Positions 40,011 through 52,323 of a DNA stretch of 64,000 nucleotides are shown in pieces. The DNA is taken from assembly GCA_030390025.1 (NCBI GenBank), contig CM059431.1, positions 112,532,001 to 112,596,000 on the forward strand, written 5' to 3'. The notes below the pieces were generated by a model. It saw only the letters and a program-made list of their open reading frames with translations, ran no database searches and had not been told where the DNA came from. The stretch comes from Squalus acanthias. Lineage: Eukaryota. Within the stretch, counting starts at the first letter, position 1. Each line of letters opens with the position of its first letter. The position numbers and the translations under genes are program-made.

Positions 40011-40120
40011 CTCTGCCCCAGCCCTGCTCAGATGCACCAGAATTGCTGAAACTTTATGAATTTCAGTGCCAAATCATAGACCCCACAGCCAGCCAGGATC
40101 AATGCCACACGTGCCGCCAT
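40011..40120 (-). pseudogene. GATD3/ES1-like gene, exon 1 (frameshifted)
   Basis: ACAATGG start context. MAARVALILAGCGVYD, then two extra T (40071-40072), then GTEIHKVSAILVHLSRAGAE|gtaag. Read straight from the ATG, the frame stops at codon 31 (TGA). Confidence 0.92.
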
Positions 40121-40484
40121 TGTAGTTGCAGAAAAATAACCAAGAGGTTAAATCTCACAAAGATATTTCCAATAGGGTGCAGGAGTGATGTCTGTTGAAG
40201 GATCACTTGTGGCAAAGTTAAGAGGTCTCTGTTACAAAATGACACAAACAAGGTGGTCAGGTGCACAGGCTTTAAATTCTCTCAGGAACAAGGGTGGAGA
40301 TATGTCTCCTAGCAATGAGATACCATGGGGACCTCTACATCCGTGATAAGTGTCAATTGAATGATAAGGATCAACACTTCAGTTTACATTTGACTGAACA
40401 AAATGTGTTAGCCGTTCCTGTACTTTGCATTTGTTACTACTCAAATTAAAAGAATGATGATTTTGTGTTTGTAATGGTTCTGAA

Positions 40485-40651
40485 CAATGTTCCCCTTAAT
40501 TTTTTGGGGGGGTGTGCGGCCCCTTTGAGGGGCAGCGCGGCCCATTCACAGTTTTGCGCATGTGCGAGATTTAACATTAGAAAAGCCGGTCCCGGGTTGT
40601 GTGTGGGGCCAGCAGAGAGCTGCGTGGCCGCGCGGCTTCGAGGGAACGTTG
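40485..40651. mobile_element. hAT-type MITE (167 bp)
   Basis: TIRs caatgttccc / gggaacgttg. Perfect 8-bp TSD gttctgaa (40477-40484 and 40652-40659). Confidence 0.85.
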
Positions 40652-41006
40652 GTTCTGAACTATTAACTTATTAAAAACATATGAGTTTTCCATCCTGCAT
40701 TGATACTAGTGCCAACTCGAATAAAAACACAACACAAATTGTGTTTGCAAAAACAACATAGTAAACTTTACACGGCTGCTCTCTCAGTATGGAGCCTCAC
40801 TTAACGGGAGCGCAGAGTGAACAATCACTGGAAAACTGTGAGTGCCATAAATTGGGTCCGCCGATCTCCATATTGTTTAAGATTTGTAACTGGAGAGGAT
40901 CCAGGATGAAACTGACCCCTGCCCAGCTCCACTAGCCACTGCATTTCCCTTCCCTCTGACAGTTTTGTTTTCCACTTAACATCTCTTTGATTGGACCCTT
41001 CTGTTT

Positions 41007-41479
41007 CAGCTGTGGCTCAGTTGGTAGCACGCTCGTCTCTGAGTCAGAAGGTTGTGGGTTCAGGTCCCACTCCAGAGGCTTGAGCACATTAAAGCTAGGC
41101 TGACACTCCAATGCAGTGCTGAGGGAGTGCTGCGCTGTCGGAGGTGCCGTCTTTCAGATGAGATGTTAAACCGAGGCCCTGTCTGCTCTCTCAGGTGGAT
41201 GTAAATGATCCCATGGCACTATTTAGAAGAAGAGCAGGGGAATTATCCCTGGTGTCCTGGCCAATATTTATCCCTCAACCAACATAACAAAAACAGATTA
41301 TCTGGTCATTATCATATTGCTGTTTGTGGGAGCTTGTTGTGTGCAAATTGGCTGCTGCGTTTCCCACATTACAACAGTGACTACACTCCAAAAGTACTTC
41401 ATTGGCTGTAAAGCCCTTTGAGACATCTGGATGGTCGTGAACGGCGCTATATAAATACAAGTCTTTCTTTTTTCTTCTT
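41007..41479 (+). mobile_element. DeuSINE (SacSINE1-like), full length
   Basis: tRNA-like head, Deu domain and tail. Confidence 0.85.
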
Positions 41480-42950
41480 GGTCCAATCTACAGTTCACCA
41501 TTTTAGTTATTCGCAACTGGCTTTTGTATGACTACTTCTCACTTCCTCTTGTCTCATAAATATTTCCATTTGGCCTTCAGATGATTTTGTTTTCCTTATG
41601 GTTTACTGTATTTCCCCTTTCACAATAATGTGCTTCCGTTCCACAGCAACAACAACAACTTGCATTTATATAGCGGCCTTAACATTGTAAAACGTCCCAA
41701 GGCTCTTCACAGGAGCGTTATCAAACAATTTTTTTTTTAATCCAACGTTCAATAAAATGGTAATGAAAATTCTATCTTCTTGTGTTTTCTATTCTAGATC
41801 AGCTTCCCACCTGATTCTCCGTGGAGCTAGAGTGTTGCACAACAGTGTTGTGTTTTCGGCCTTAGGCCTATGTGTTTATGTATCAGGACAGGAAACATCA
41901 TCAAAACGCTATGTGCTCGCCCTATCTTTTGGCTAATTTCTTTTGCATGTGCTCTAAACATCTCTTCCCTCCACCTCCTGAGAGGGGCAAAACAACAGGG
42001 AACATGATGTCCATACCTTTAACGATCTTAAATAACTGCATCAGGTGCACTCTGTTTTGATCTCTCCAGAGTGTACAAACCCAAAGCATCAAGTCTATGT
42101 TCCTCGTTCAATGATCTCAGGCTGGGAGATCATCCTTGTTATCCTTCTCTGTACCTTCTCAAGAGTCAATATATTCTGCCTGAGGTGGGAAGACCAAAAA
42201 CTAGACACAGTATCCAAAAGCCTTATTTAACCCTATTAATGTGATCCGACCTTTGTAATGAATCATCCGGGTAATATTGAATCAAACTATGCCGTAATCA
42301 CAAGAACTCAATTGGTCACCCACTTCTAGGTTGCCAATCAGTTCTGATGGACTGCTAATATGAAATCGAACATCGGCTATGGTGTTCTGCATCATATCTT
42401 GTGTTATGAATTAGTAACTGATTGCAGCTTTGAAATTGGTTATATTTCAAGTCCCAAGTGGTTGAGGGTCATAGTCATAGAGTTATACAGCACAGAAAGA
42501 GGCCCTTCGGCCCATTGTGTCCGCGCCGGCCATCAAGCCCTGTCTATTCTAATCCCATTTTCCAGCACCTGGTCCGTAGCCTTGTATGCTATGGCGTTTC
42601 AAGTGCTCATCTAAATGCTTCTTGAATGTTGTTAACTCATAGCCTGGTGTCAGGCTAAATGCTGGACGATCAATGACGTCCAGTGTTGGAACACCTCAGA
42701 AGTGGTGGTCTTTGCCGAGTTCCACCCCCCAAAAAAAAATCCCCCCAAGTTTCTCTGGTGAAATGAGTTAACATCTGGCGGCTGGAGACCTGCTGCCAGA
42801 TGCTGGAGGAAAAGGGAAATGAGTATTCTTGATGATGTTTTTTCAAAGAGGCAGAAGTTAACTCAGACTTGGAGAAAAACAGTCCATAATGGAGGATAGA
42901 AGCAAATGTCAATGTTAAGAAAGAAAATGCAAGTAGCAGAGAAACACATT

Positions 42951-43840
42951 GGCCGGAATTTTGCTGGTGCTCAGGGGGCGGGTTTGGAGGCGGGACATCC
43001 GGCAAAATCGCAAAGATTGACAGCGGGCAGGAAACCTGCTGTCAACCCACCTCCAATCAATCTTTCCAGGTGTCGGGTCCCCGATTTGCACATGGACCCG
43101 ACACCTAGCGGCAGGAAGAAGATTATAGGCACTTAACTGCTTGTTAACAGGTTGTTAACAGGCAGTTAAGAGGCTTCTTGCAATTTTGACAGGTCTACTG
43201 CGGGCTTCCCGACGTCCGGACACCACGCCAGGTAAGTGGCGTGCTGTAGGTCTACTGTAATGTTTCTGCATTGATGACAGCTGCAGAAGTGCTGTGAAGG
43301 ATCCAATGGTACACTGGTGAGTTTCGGAGGTAAGAAAATGTTGGGAAAATCATTTTTAATGTATTTAGACTTTTTTGTAGGTGACAAGTTTGGAATTGTT
43401 TCTGTAGTCCCACCTCATTGGGAGAATCTCTCTCACCAGTGACCGATCACTTCTGTAACCTTACCTGCAGCTGCCATCTGTTCTAGCCTAAGGAGGGAGT
43501 CACTGGAGAGCCTGGATGCAAGGGCTCACCTTTGTACAATGATTGTCAGTGTTTGCAGCACCTCAATGCAGTCAAACACTGAGAAATCAGCTGTCAAAAA
43601 AAATTGTGCGTGGCCCCTTTAAGAAAACCGGCAGCTGACGCGTCATCAGCTGACGCGTCATCAACTGACATCATCTGACACTGGCTTTCTCTCAATTGGC
43701 CGGCAAGCCCGCAGGGCAGGCTTAACAAAGCCAATTGACATAAAATCGCGTCTGTGCATCGGACGTCTTTGGGGGCGGGATTGGAACCCGGAAGGCAGCT
43801 GTCCCACCCCCAAGCCGCAGCGAGAGGAAAAATCATGGCC
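42951..43840. mobile_element. Harbinger-type non-autonomous element
   Basis: TIRs ggccggaatttt / aaaatcatggcc. 3-bp TSD ATT. Left end resembles the elements starting at 13897 and 15720. Confidence 0.75.
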
Positions 43841-43922
43841 ATTATCTCCAATTAGTTATAACATAGTCATCTCAGTTAAAATAAAGAAATTATGCAACTA
43901 TTGTTAGCCTTTCTCTTACTAC

Positions 43923-44667
43923 TGTTCAGACCTCGAGAATTACGAATTTAGCGTAACAATGACAGACAAGGATGTGATCAATAAAATTGGTCTTTATTCA
44001 CACTACAGTTCAAAATTCAAGTGTACAATCACACTCAATATGCTCCCAATTTACCCGTACATAACAGTATTTCCCAGCAATTTATACGCTACCTCTGGGC
44101 GATTTATATTCCAAGTCAACCGTACATAAAAGTACCCCTTTTAACAATATCTAAGCTCTCTGTCCGACTTTCATACATACTCCTTTATCTCTGGGTGATC
44201 AATCCAGAAAAGTTGTAGGTCAAAACGTAGACTGGCCAGCCTCCTCTGTTCGTCTGTTCTTCCGTTCGGTCTTCTTTGTCCTTTCTGTGTTCTGAATTTC
44301 CCGCCCCTGGGTTTATAGGGCCTTTCTGCCGGCCTCCCTCGTATATCACTGTCTGCCTCCCTCTGAGAGGTCAGTTTCACTCCAAACCTTCCCTGATTGG
44401 AGTTCCTTCCACATGACATGTTCCTGTTCCTGTGAGGTGTGTGAGGGGGGGGCGGGGGTGACTTCCTTGTCAATCATGTTCCTCCTTCCTGTCCATGTGG
44501 CCTTTCAAACAAAGGACTATATGTTGACCACCAGGCAAAGGACCCCCTGCTGACTTCCACCATTTTTTGTCTTCACAAACAAATAACACATGCTGACTTC
44601 CACCATTTTGAATCCGTCTGTAACCATTTCACAATTCATTCTGAACTTCGATCGCCACACGGTAACA
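43923..44667 (-). mobile_element. Possible solo LTR
   Basis: TG...CA termini (tgttacc...gaaca on the minus strand). Minus-strand TATA-like ctataaa (~44315) lies upstream of AATAAA (~43995). No TSD found. Confidence 0.35.
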
Positions 44668-44718
44668 GTGGTTTTGTTACAATTTTCAGAATCTTGCACT
44701 ATTTTAGTTAATATTAGC

Positions 44719-44887
44719 CATGATGTGGAGATGCCGGTGTTGGACTGGGGTGGACAAATGTGAGAAGTCACACAACACCAGGTTATAGTCCAACAGTTTT
44801 ATTTGAAATCATAAGCTTTCGGAGCGCTGCTCCTTCGTCAGGTGAAGTGAAGAAATGTATATTGGCACAGCATATATATGCGCAAAT
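44719..44887 (-). mobile_element. Penelope-like terminal repeat (family B) with hammerhead motif
   Basis: Minus strand TCAC-CTGACGA-A-GGAGC-AGC-GCTCC-GAAA-GCTT-ATGA; near-identical to the 51579-51839 arms. Confidence 0.75.
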
Positions 44888-47346
44888 CGGGGACCCGACT
44901 CCTAGGTCTCTGAACATAATAAACTGAAATATTTTGTGCTTGAAAGTGGACTATTTGTTCTGTAAAAGGAGTGAAAACTAAAATAGATTTACAAAAATAA
45001 TGGTAGCACCTTTGACTTTCAGGGCCTTAAAGTTATATGACTTCAGCACAACTTCTGGATCTGAGTGTCTGACAAAGCATAGCTCAACGCTCAGGCACGC
45101 ACATGTGGTATAAACTATACTGGCCAAGGTTTTCCCACCAGTGGTAAATTGTCAATTTTGGATGAGCTGTGAGGCCCAATTTTCCAAGATTTGCACTTGC
45201 CCATGGATTAGGCACAATAGTGCTCATACAGGTGAACAGTGAAATACAAATTGCATAATTTTATTGTTTCCTGCCACCCTCTCCCCCCCCCCCCCCCCCC
45301 ACTGCAATTGTCATGCAGTTATTGTTGAATGTGTTGGAAACATGGGTCAGTGCTCTGTGCATGCTTTCCAGCTTATCTTCTTGAAGAGGCACCAAATGAA
45401 CATTTACTTTAGGTCCGTGCCTTGTTTGCAGGAAGATTACATGGGGGTGAATTCCCCCTGGGGTCCTCCCACTTGACTGCCGTACCATTGGTGGAAGACC
45501 TGCAGAACCCCAAGAAAAATGGTGTAAATGCCATTTGCATCATTTGTCCAGGGTTTCCGCAGCTCTTCCACTGAAGTTATGGTGGACAAGAGGGAGAACA
45601 TCCGTGGAAATTCATCCTCCATATGTGTAGAAGGTGCTGACGCTGACTCTTGGCACTTCTTCTGATACCATTGAACTTCTTTCTCATTTAATCCCAAGTA
45701 CGACAAAAAGTGGGAAGGGTGAATTCAGAGGCTTCCTTCAAGCTCATGTATGGTATCCTTTCTCTTCATTTCCTCATTCATTCATTCCCTCACACACAGG
45801 CCACATAGTAGCATTTCAGTGTAACGCACTGCAATTACTTCCCATGTGTAACTACGGTCCAAGGAGCACACATTATTATAAAGTACGTTTTTTCTTGCTC
45901 CTCCAGGTACCTGAGAGAAGGAGCTGGACCAGTCGACTGTACAGCCTTGATGTAGCACATCACAACACCCAGCATCAACCACTCCCATAGCAGCAAGCAC
46001 CAGTGGATATACATCCGCTCCGGGGGGATCTATTAATTAGTAGTAGGAGAGGGACGCGTTAAGCATGAGTGAGAAAGTGCAGATGGAATTTTATGAGATA
46101 CAACCTGCTGGCTAAAGGGCCAGCATGAGGCCTCTTTCAGTTGCTGTGCCAAGGGATTTAAATCCTGCAGGGCCTGTCTACAAATCTGGGGAATCAGCCA
46201 TAATGCAGAGCTTCAATTACCTCATTGTTGCCCAGTGATCTGCTCCCACACAGTTCTCTGGCCACGCTGAAGGAGCTCCAAGCAGCAGAGGAATGGCAGA
46301 AATTGGCACAGATGATGCAGTTCTCTTGCAACATTCCAAGCTCTTTGCCACTCCAGTCAAAGGAGAATCACCCAATGTAAAGTGCAGGCAGTCACTTTTT
46401 TTTTATTCATTCGTTCGTTCGTTCGTGGGATGTGGGTGTCACCAGCAAGGCCGGCATTTATTGCCCATCCCTAATTGCCCTAGAGAAGGTGGTGGTGAGC
46501 CTCCTTATACAACTGAGTGGCTTGCTAGGCCATTTCAGAGGGCAGTTAAAAGTCAACCACATATAGGCCCAGACCAGGTATGGATTTTTACAACAATTCA
46601 TTTGCAGGGCCATCAAGGACATGGAAAGTCTGGGTTGTCAGTGCCTGCTGTGACATCAGCTACCAACAAAATTATTCTACATTTCCCCCCCCCCCCCGCA
46701 CCCGCACCCCAACTCCACTAAGGGTAATGAGACTGCGGGATACCTCTGGCATATGGTGTGGGTCAGTAACTGTGAGGGTGTGCATGGGGAGAGAGGCTGG
46801 AAAGTCAGAGAGAGGAAAAATTGGATGTGTGAAGATCCTAAGAACAACATTAAGGGGCATAGGGTAGCTTGGCAGTGAAGGGCAAAGAGAAGAATACAAG
46901 CTCCTGGGGACAAAAACAGAAGACAAGTCTGAAGCTGTTCAGAAAGGGAAAACCTGTGAAGGGAGGTAAAAATTATTCAATGTATAGTACTATGTAATGG
47001 GTAAGATATTCCAGAATTCCTGTATTTTGTACATATTCAGGGGCGGGGCTATTCTCGAAGGATGGGGTGGGGCAGGGGGCTTAAAGTCCAGATTTGGCCA
47101 ATTTAGCCCCCAGAATCACAAATTTAGTTGAGGATCCAGGATCAGAGCCCTGAGGGGAGGCCCAGGGGGCAAAGTGCGATGTAGCATATTGAAGTGCCTT
47201 CTGTAAGTAGTTCCACCCCTCTACCTCCTCCTCCTCCCAATGGAGAGCACATAAATCGACCAAACTCAAAGTGATTGGGAGGGGTCTTGAACCCACCCTT
47301 TACCCCCAATACCTCCACCTGCATGTATTTGTTATGTTAGAAATCA

Positions 47347-48132
47347 AGAAAAAAAAGGATGACTTACATTTATATAACGTCTTTCATGACCTCTGGATGT
47401 CCCAAAGAGCTTTACAGCCAAAGAAGTACTTTTGAAGTCTAGTTCTTGTTGTAATGTGGGAAACGCGGCAGCCAATTTGCACACTGCAAACTCTCACAAA
47501 CAGCAATGTGATAATGACCAGATAATCTGTCGTTAGCAATATTGTTTGAGGGATAAATATTGGCCAGGAAACTGGGGAAAACTACCCCGCTTTATTTCAA
47601 ATAGTACCAGAGGATATTTTACGACCACCTGAAAGACAGTACCTCCGACAGTGCAGCATTCCCTCCGTGCTGCACTGGAGTGTCAGCCTAGATTATATGC
47701 TCAAGTCTCTGGAGTGGGACTTGAACCTACAACCTTCTGACTATTTTAATTATTTTCTGCGTGGGTTTCCTCCGGGTGCTCCGGTTTCCTCCCACAGTCC
47801 AAAAATGTGTGGGTTAGGTTGATTTGGCTATGATAAATTGACCCTTAGTGTTAAGGGGGGGATTAAATATGTGGGGTTACGGGGATAGGATAGGAAGGGA
47901 TATGTTAGGGGGAATTAAATACGTGGGGTTACGGGGATAGGGTGGGATATGTGTCGGTGCAGGCTCGATGGGGATTCTGTGTGAGAAAGCAGGGACAGGG
48001 TACTGGATTTGGATGATCAGCCATGATCGTATTGAATGGTGGAGCAGGCTCGACAGGCCGAATGGCCTACTCCTGCTCCTAGTTTCTATGTTTCTATGTT
48101 TCTATGACTCAGAGGTGAGAGTGCTACCACTG
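47347..48132 (-). mobile_element. DeuSINE whose head is split by a V-SINE/HE1-like plus CR1-tail insertion
   Basis: SINE body 47347-47742 and head remnant ~48105-48132. The intervening 47757-48104 (+) carries the V-SINE core tgcgtgggtttcctccgggtgctccggtttcctcccacagtccaaa and a (tttctatg)n tail. Confidence 0.7.
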
Positions 48133-48234
48133 AAAATATTATTTGTCGGGATATATATTTGAGTTGCTGAGGGAGCACTATAACCACTTTTTCTACTTGA
48201 CTATATTTGAGCATTTTTTTAAATTATTTGTTCC

Positions 48235-50115
48235 TGGGCTGCATGCGGGCGTGGACTGCTTCATTATCTGAGGAGTTGCGAATGGAACTGAACACTGTGT
48301 AATCATCAGCGAACATCCCACTTCTGACCTTATGATGGAGGGAAAGTTATTGATGAAGCAGCTGAAGATGGTTGGGCCTAGGACACTGCCCTGAAGAACT
48401 CCTGCAGTGATGTCTGGGGCTGAGATGATAGACCTCCAACAACCACAACCATCTTCCTTTGTGCTAGGTATGACTTCAGCCAGTGGAGAGTTTTCCCCCT
48501 GATTCCCATTGACTTCAATTTTACTCGGGCTCTTTGATGCCACACTCGGTCAAATGCTGCCTTGATGTCAAGGGCAGTCACTCTCACCTCACCTCTGGAA
48601 TTCAGTTCTTTTGTCCATGTTTGGACCAAGGCTGTAATGAGGTCGGGAGCAGAGTGGTCCTGGCGGGACCCAAACTGAGCATCGGCGAGCAGGTTATTGG
48701 TGAGTAAGTGCTGCTTGATAGCACTGTCGACGACACCTTCCATCACTTTGCTGATGATTGAGAGTAGACTTATGGGGTGGTAATTGGCTGGATTGGATAT
48801 GTCCTGCTTTTTGTGGACAGGACATACCTGGGCAGTTTTCCACATTGTCGGATAGATACCAGTGTTGTAGCTGTACTGGAACAGCTTGGCTAGAGGCATG
48901 GTTCATTCTGGAGCACAAGTCTTCAGCACCACAGCCGGGATGTTGTCGGCGCCCATAGCCTCTGCTGTATCCAGTGCGCTCAGCCATTTCTTGATGTCAC
49001 GTGGAGTGAATCGAATTGGCTGAAGACTGGCTTCTGTGATGGTGGGGTCCTCAGGAGGAGGCCGATATGGATCATCCACTCGGCACTTCTGGCTGAAGAT
49101 GGTTGCAAACGCTTCAGCCTTGTCTTTTGTACTCACGTGCTGGGCTCCACCATCATTGAAGATGGGGATGTTCATGGAGCCTCCTCCTCCCGTTAGTTGT
49201 TTAATGGTCCACCACCATTCACGACTGGATGTGGCAGGACTGCAGAGCTTTGATCTGATCCGTTGATTGTGCGATCGCTTAGCTCTGTCTAGAGCATGCA
49301 GCTTCTGCTGTTTAGCATGCATGTAGTCCTGTGTTGCAACTTCCCCAGATTGGCACTGCATTTTTAGGTACGCCTGGTGCTGCTCCTGGCATGCTCTTCA
49401 GCACTCCTGATTGAACCAGGGTTGGTCCCCTGGCTTGATGGTAATGGTAGAGTGAGGGATATACTGGGCCATAAGATTACAGATTGTGGTGGAATACAAT
49501 TCTGCTGCTGCTGATGGCCCATAGCGCCTCATGGATGCCCAGTTTTGAGCTGCTAGATCTGTTCTGAATCTATCCCATTTAGCACGGTGGTAGTGCCACA
49601 CAACACGATGGAGGGTGTCCTCAGTGTGAAGACAGGACTTAATCTCCACAAGGACTGTGCGGTGGTCACTGCTACCAATACTGTCATGGACAGATGCATC
49701 TGCGACAGGTAGATTGGTGAGGACGAGGTCAAGTAGGTTTTTCCCTCGTGTTGGTTCTCTCACCACCTGCGTATGCCCAGTCTGGCAGCTATATCCTTCA
49801 AGATTTGGCCAGCTCGGTCAGTAGTGATACTGCTGAGCCACTCTTGGTGATGGACATTGAAGTCCCCCACCCAGAGTACATTCTGTGCCCTTGCTACCAT
49901 CAGTGCTTCTTCCAAATGGTGTTCAACATGGAGGAGTACTGATTCATCAGCTGAGGGAGGGCAGTAGGTGGTAATCAGCAGGAGATTTCCTTGCCCATGC
50001 TTGACCTGAAGCCATGAGTATTCATGGGGTCCGGAGTCAATGTTGAGGACTCCCAGGGCCACTCCCTCCTGACTGTATACCACTGTGCTGCCACCTCTGG
50101 CGGGTCTGTCCTGCC
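48235..50115 (-). mobile_element. CR1-group LINE ORF2 fragment (APE endonuclease plus reverse transcriptase), frameshifted
   Basis: WVGDFNVHH; PTRGKNLLDLVLTN...SDH; NYHPISLLSIISKVMEG; QFGSR; ALDIKAAFDRVWH; GVLQGSVLGP. Confidence 0.92.
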
Positions 50116-50195
50116 GTTTGAGTCAATCAGAAAAGTCTAACAGAATTTTTGTGCTGCAGGCGCATTTTTAAAATGTGAAGGCTTTATGCAATACA

Positions 50196-50415
50196 TAACA
50201 AAAGCAAAATACTGTGGATGCTATAAATCTGAAATAAAAACAGAAAATGCTGGAAATACTCAGCAGGTCAGGCAGCATCTGTGGAGAGATAAACAGAGTT
50301 AACCTTTCAGGTCAATGAACTTTCGTCAGAACTAGGACATCAACCTGAAAGGCTAACTCTTTTTCTCTCTCCACAGATGTTGCCTGACCTGATGAGTGTT
50401 TCCAACATTTTCTGT
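50196..50415. mobile_element. Inverted dimer of family A Penelope-like repeat
   Basis: Foldback centred near 50333. Minus strand AGTT-CTGACGA-AAGTTC-ATT-GACCT-GAAAG-GTT-AACT. Confidence 0.7.
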
Positions 50416-51206
50416 ATATATTATATAATTGGGTTAATTTTACAAATGTGGCAAATTTTACACTATATTCTGCATAAAATACTACTTTGTCCCACGACCA
50501 TTTATGCTTTCTGCAAGCGACTACTGGAAGTTATTTTGCAATGCAGTAGAAACTCTACATTTCCCTCTTTGCTCTTGCTTGCTGCACACCACATCCTCCA
50601 AGCTCCTGCAACAGGCTGCCAAAAACATTAATCTGCTGGTATGCATTAGCTGACAGGCAGACGGTAATTGTGCCAAATACAGTACATTAATCTGCATTGC
50701 CATAAACCGTATGTGCAATTACCATAAAGCCTTGAGTGCACTTTGTTCCCCCCAACAAGACATTCAACAACATTTCTCTGCTGCATTGTAGCTCTTGGAA
50801 AAATTGGGGATGGGGCTTATTATAGACAGATACAACATTTATCCTAAAATTGGTGCTTCTAAGTGGGAGGTGTGTGTACACTATACATTGTGAACATATT
50901 ATAACCCCAAGTTTACAGTGCCGATCATCGCCCACTTATATTTTACAAATAGAATGGCTGGTTTACAGAAATGACATTGCTACACACACATCACTGCTGA
51001 GTACTTCCAGCAGTTTCTGTTTATATTTCAGATTTGCAGCATCCGCAGTATTTTTCCTTTTGTACACATTGCGGAGTTGTACAATTGACAGCACCCGGAG
51101 GTTTATTTCCTCCAGTTTATCGGTGCCCAGCGTATCCTTTATAGTGTGACTTATCACAAATTAGCGCAGATGTTTCTGTATTCACCAAATAAATGCCCCA
51201 CTAACT

Positions 51207-51563
51207 CATAGAATTACATAGAATTTTACAGCACAGAAACAGGCCATTCGAACCGACTGGTCTATGCCGGTCTTTGTGCTCCACACGAGCCTCCTCCCAC
51301 CTTACTTCATCTAATCCCATCAACATATCCATCTATTCCTTTCTCCCTCATGTACATATCTAGATTCCCCTCAAATGCATCTATGCTATTCGCCTCAACT
51401 ACTCCATGTAGTAGTGAGTTCCACTTTCTCAAAACTCTGGGTAGAGAAATTTCACTTGAATTACTTATCGGATTTATTGCTGACTATCTTAGATTTATAG
51501 CCCCTAGTTTTGGACGCCCCACAAGTGAAAACATCTTCTCTATATCTACCCTATTGAACCCTT
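51207..51563 (-). mobile_element. CR1 LINE 3' end
   Basis: Reverse-complement CR1 3' region with (tctatg)n-type tail. Confidence 0.75.
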
Positions 51564-51578
51564 TCATAGTTTTATTAG

Positions 51579-51839
51579 TGAGAAGTCGCACAACACCAGG
51601 TTATAGTCCAACAGCTTTATTTGAAATCACAAGCTTTCGGAGCGCTGCTCCTTCGTCAGGTGAAGTGAAGAAATACATATGGGCACAGCATATACTGCCC
51701 ATATGTATTTCTTCACTTCACCTGACGAAGGAGCAGCGCTCCGAAAGCTTGTGATTTCAAATAAAGCTGTTGGACTATAACCTGGTGTTGTGCGACTTCT
51801 CACTTTTGTCCACCCCAGTCCAACACCGGCATCTCCACA
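51579..51839. mobile_element. Penelope-like inverted terminal-repeat insertion (family B), perfect foldback
   Basis: 109-bp identical inverted arms (51577-51685 and 51696-51804) with a 10-nt loop and a 35-bp one-sided tail. 15-bp TSD tcatagttttattag (51564-51578 and 51840-51854). Confidence 0.85.
51718..51754 (+). ncRNA. Minimal type I hammerhead ribozyme motif
   Basis: TCAC-CTGACGA-A-GGAGC-AGC-GCTCC-GAA-AG/CT-T-GTGA: stem I TCAC:GTGA, core CUGANGA and GAAA, 5-bp stem II, palindromic mini stem III. Activity untested. Confidence 0.7.
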
Positions 51840-51854
51840 TCATAGTTTTATTAG

Positions 51855-52323
51855 CCATGGCTCAGTTGGCTGTCAGCTGTAGCCCTCTTGTCTCTGAATC
51901 AGAAGACTTGTGGGTTCAAGTCCCACTCCAGACATTTGAGCACATAAAGCTAGGCTGGCACTCCAGTGCCATACTGAGGGAGTGCTGCACTGTCAGAGGT
52001 GCTGTCTTTTGGACAAGACGTTGAATCGAGGCCCCGTCTGCTCTCAGGTGGATGTAAAATATCCCATGGCACTATTTCAAAGAAGAGCAGGGGAGTTATC
52101 CCCGGTGTCCTGGCCAATATTTATCCCTCGATCAACATCACTAAAACAGATGATCTGGTCATTATCACATTGCTGTTTGTGGGAGCTTGCTGTGCACAAA
52201 TTGGCTGCCACGATTCCTACATTACAACAGTGACTGCACTCCAAAAGTACTTCATTGGCTGTAAAGCACTTTGGGACGTCCTGAGGTCGTGAAAGGTGCT
52301 ATATAAATGCAAGTCTTTCTTTC
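51855..52323 (+). mobile_element. DeuSINE (SacSINE1-like)
   Basis: tRNA-like head, Deu domain and tail. Confidence 0.85.

Noticed and set aside
45300..46020. Cluster of 70-120-aa ORFs with coding-like composition
   Set aside because: No recognisable motif in any frame and several stops; possibly a decayed transposon. A blastx search would be needed.
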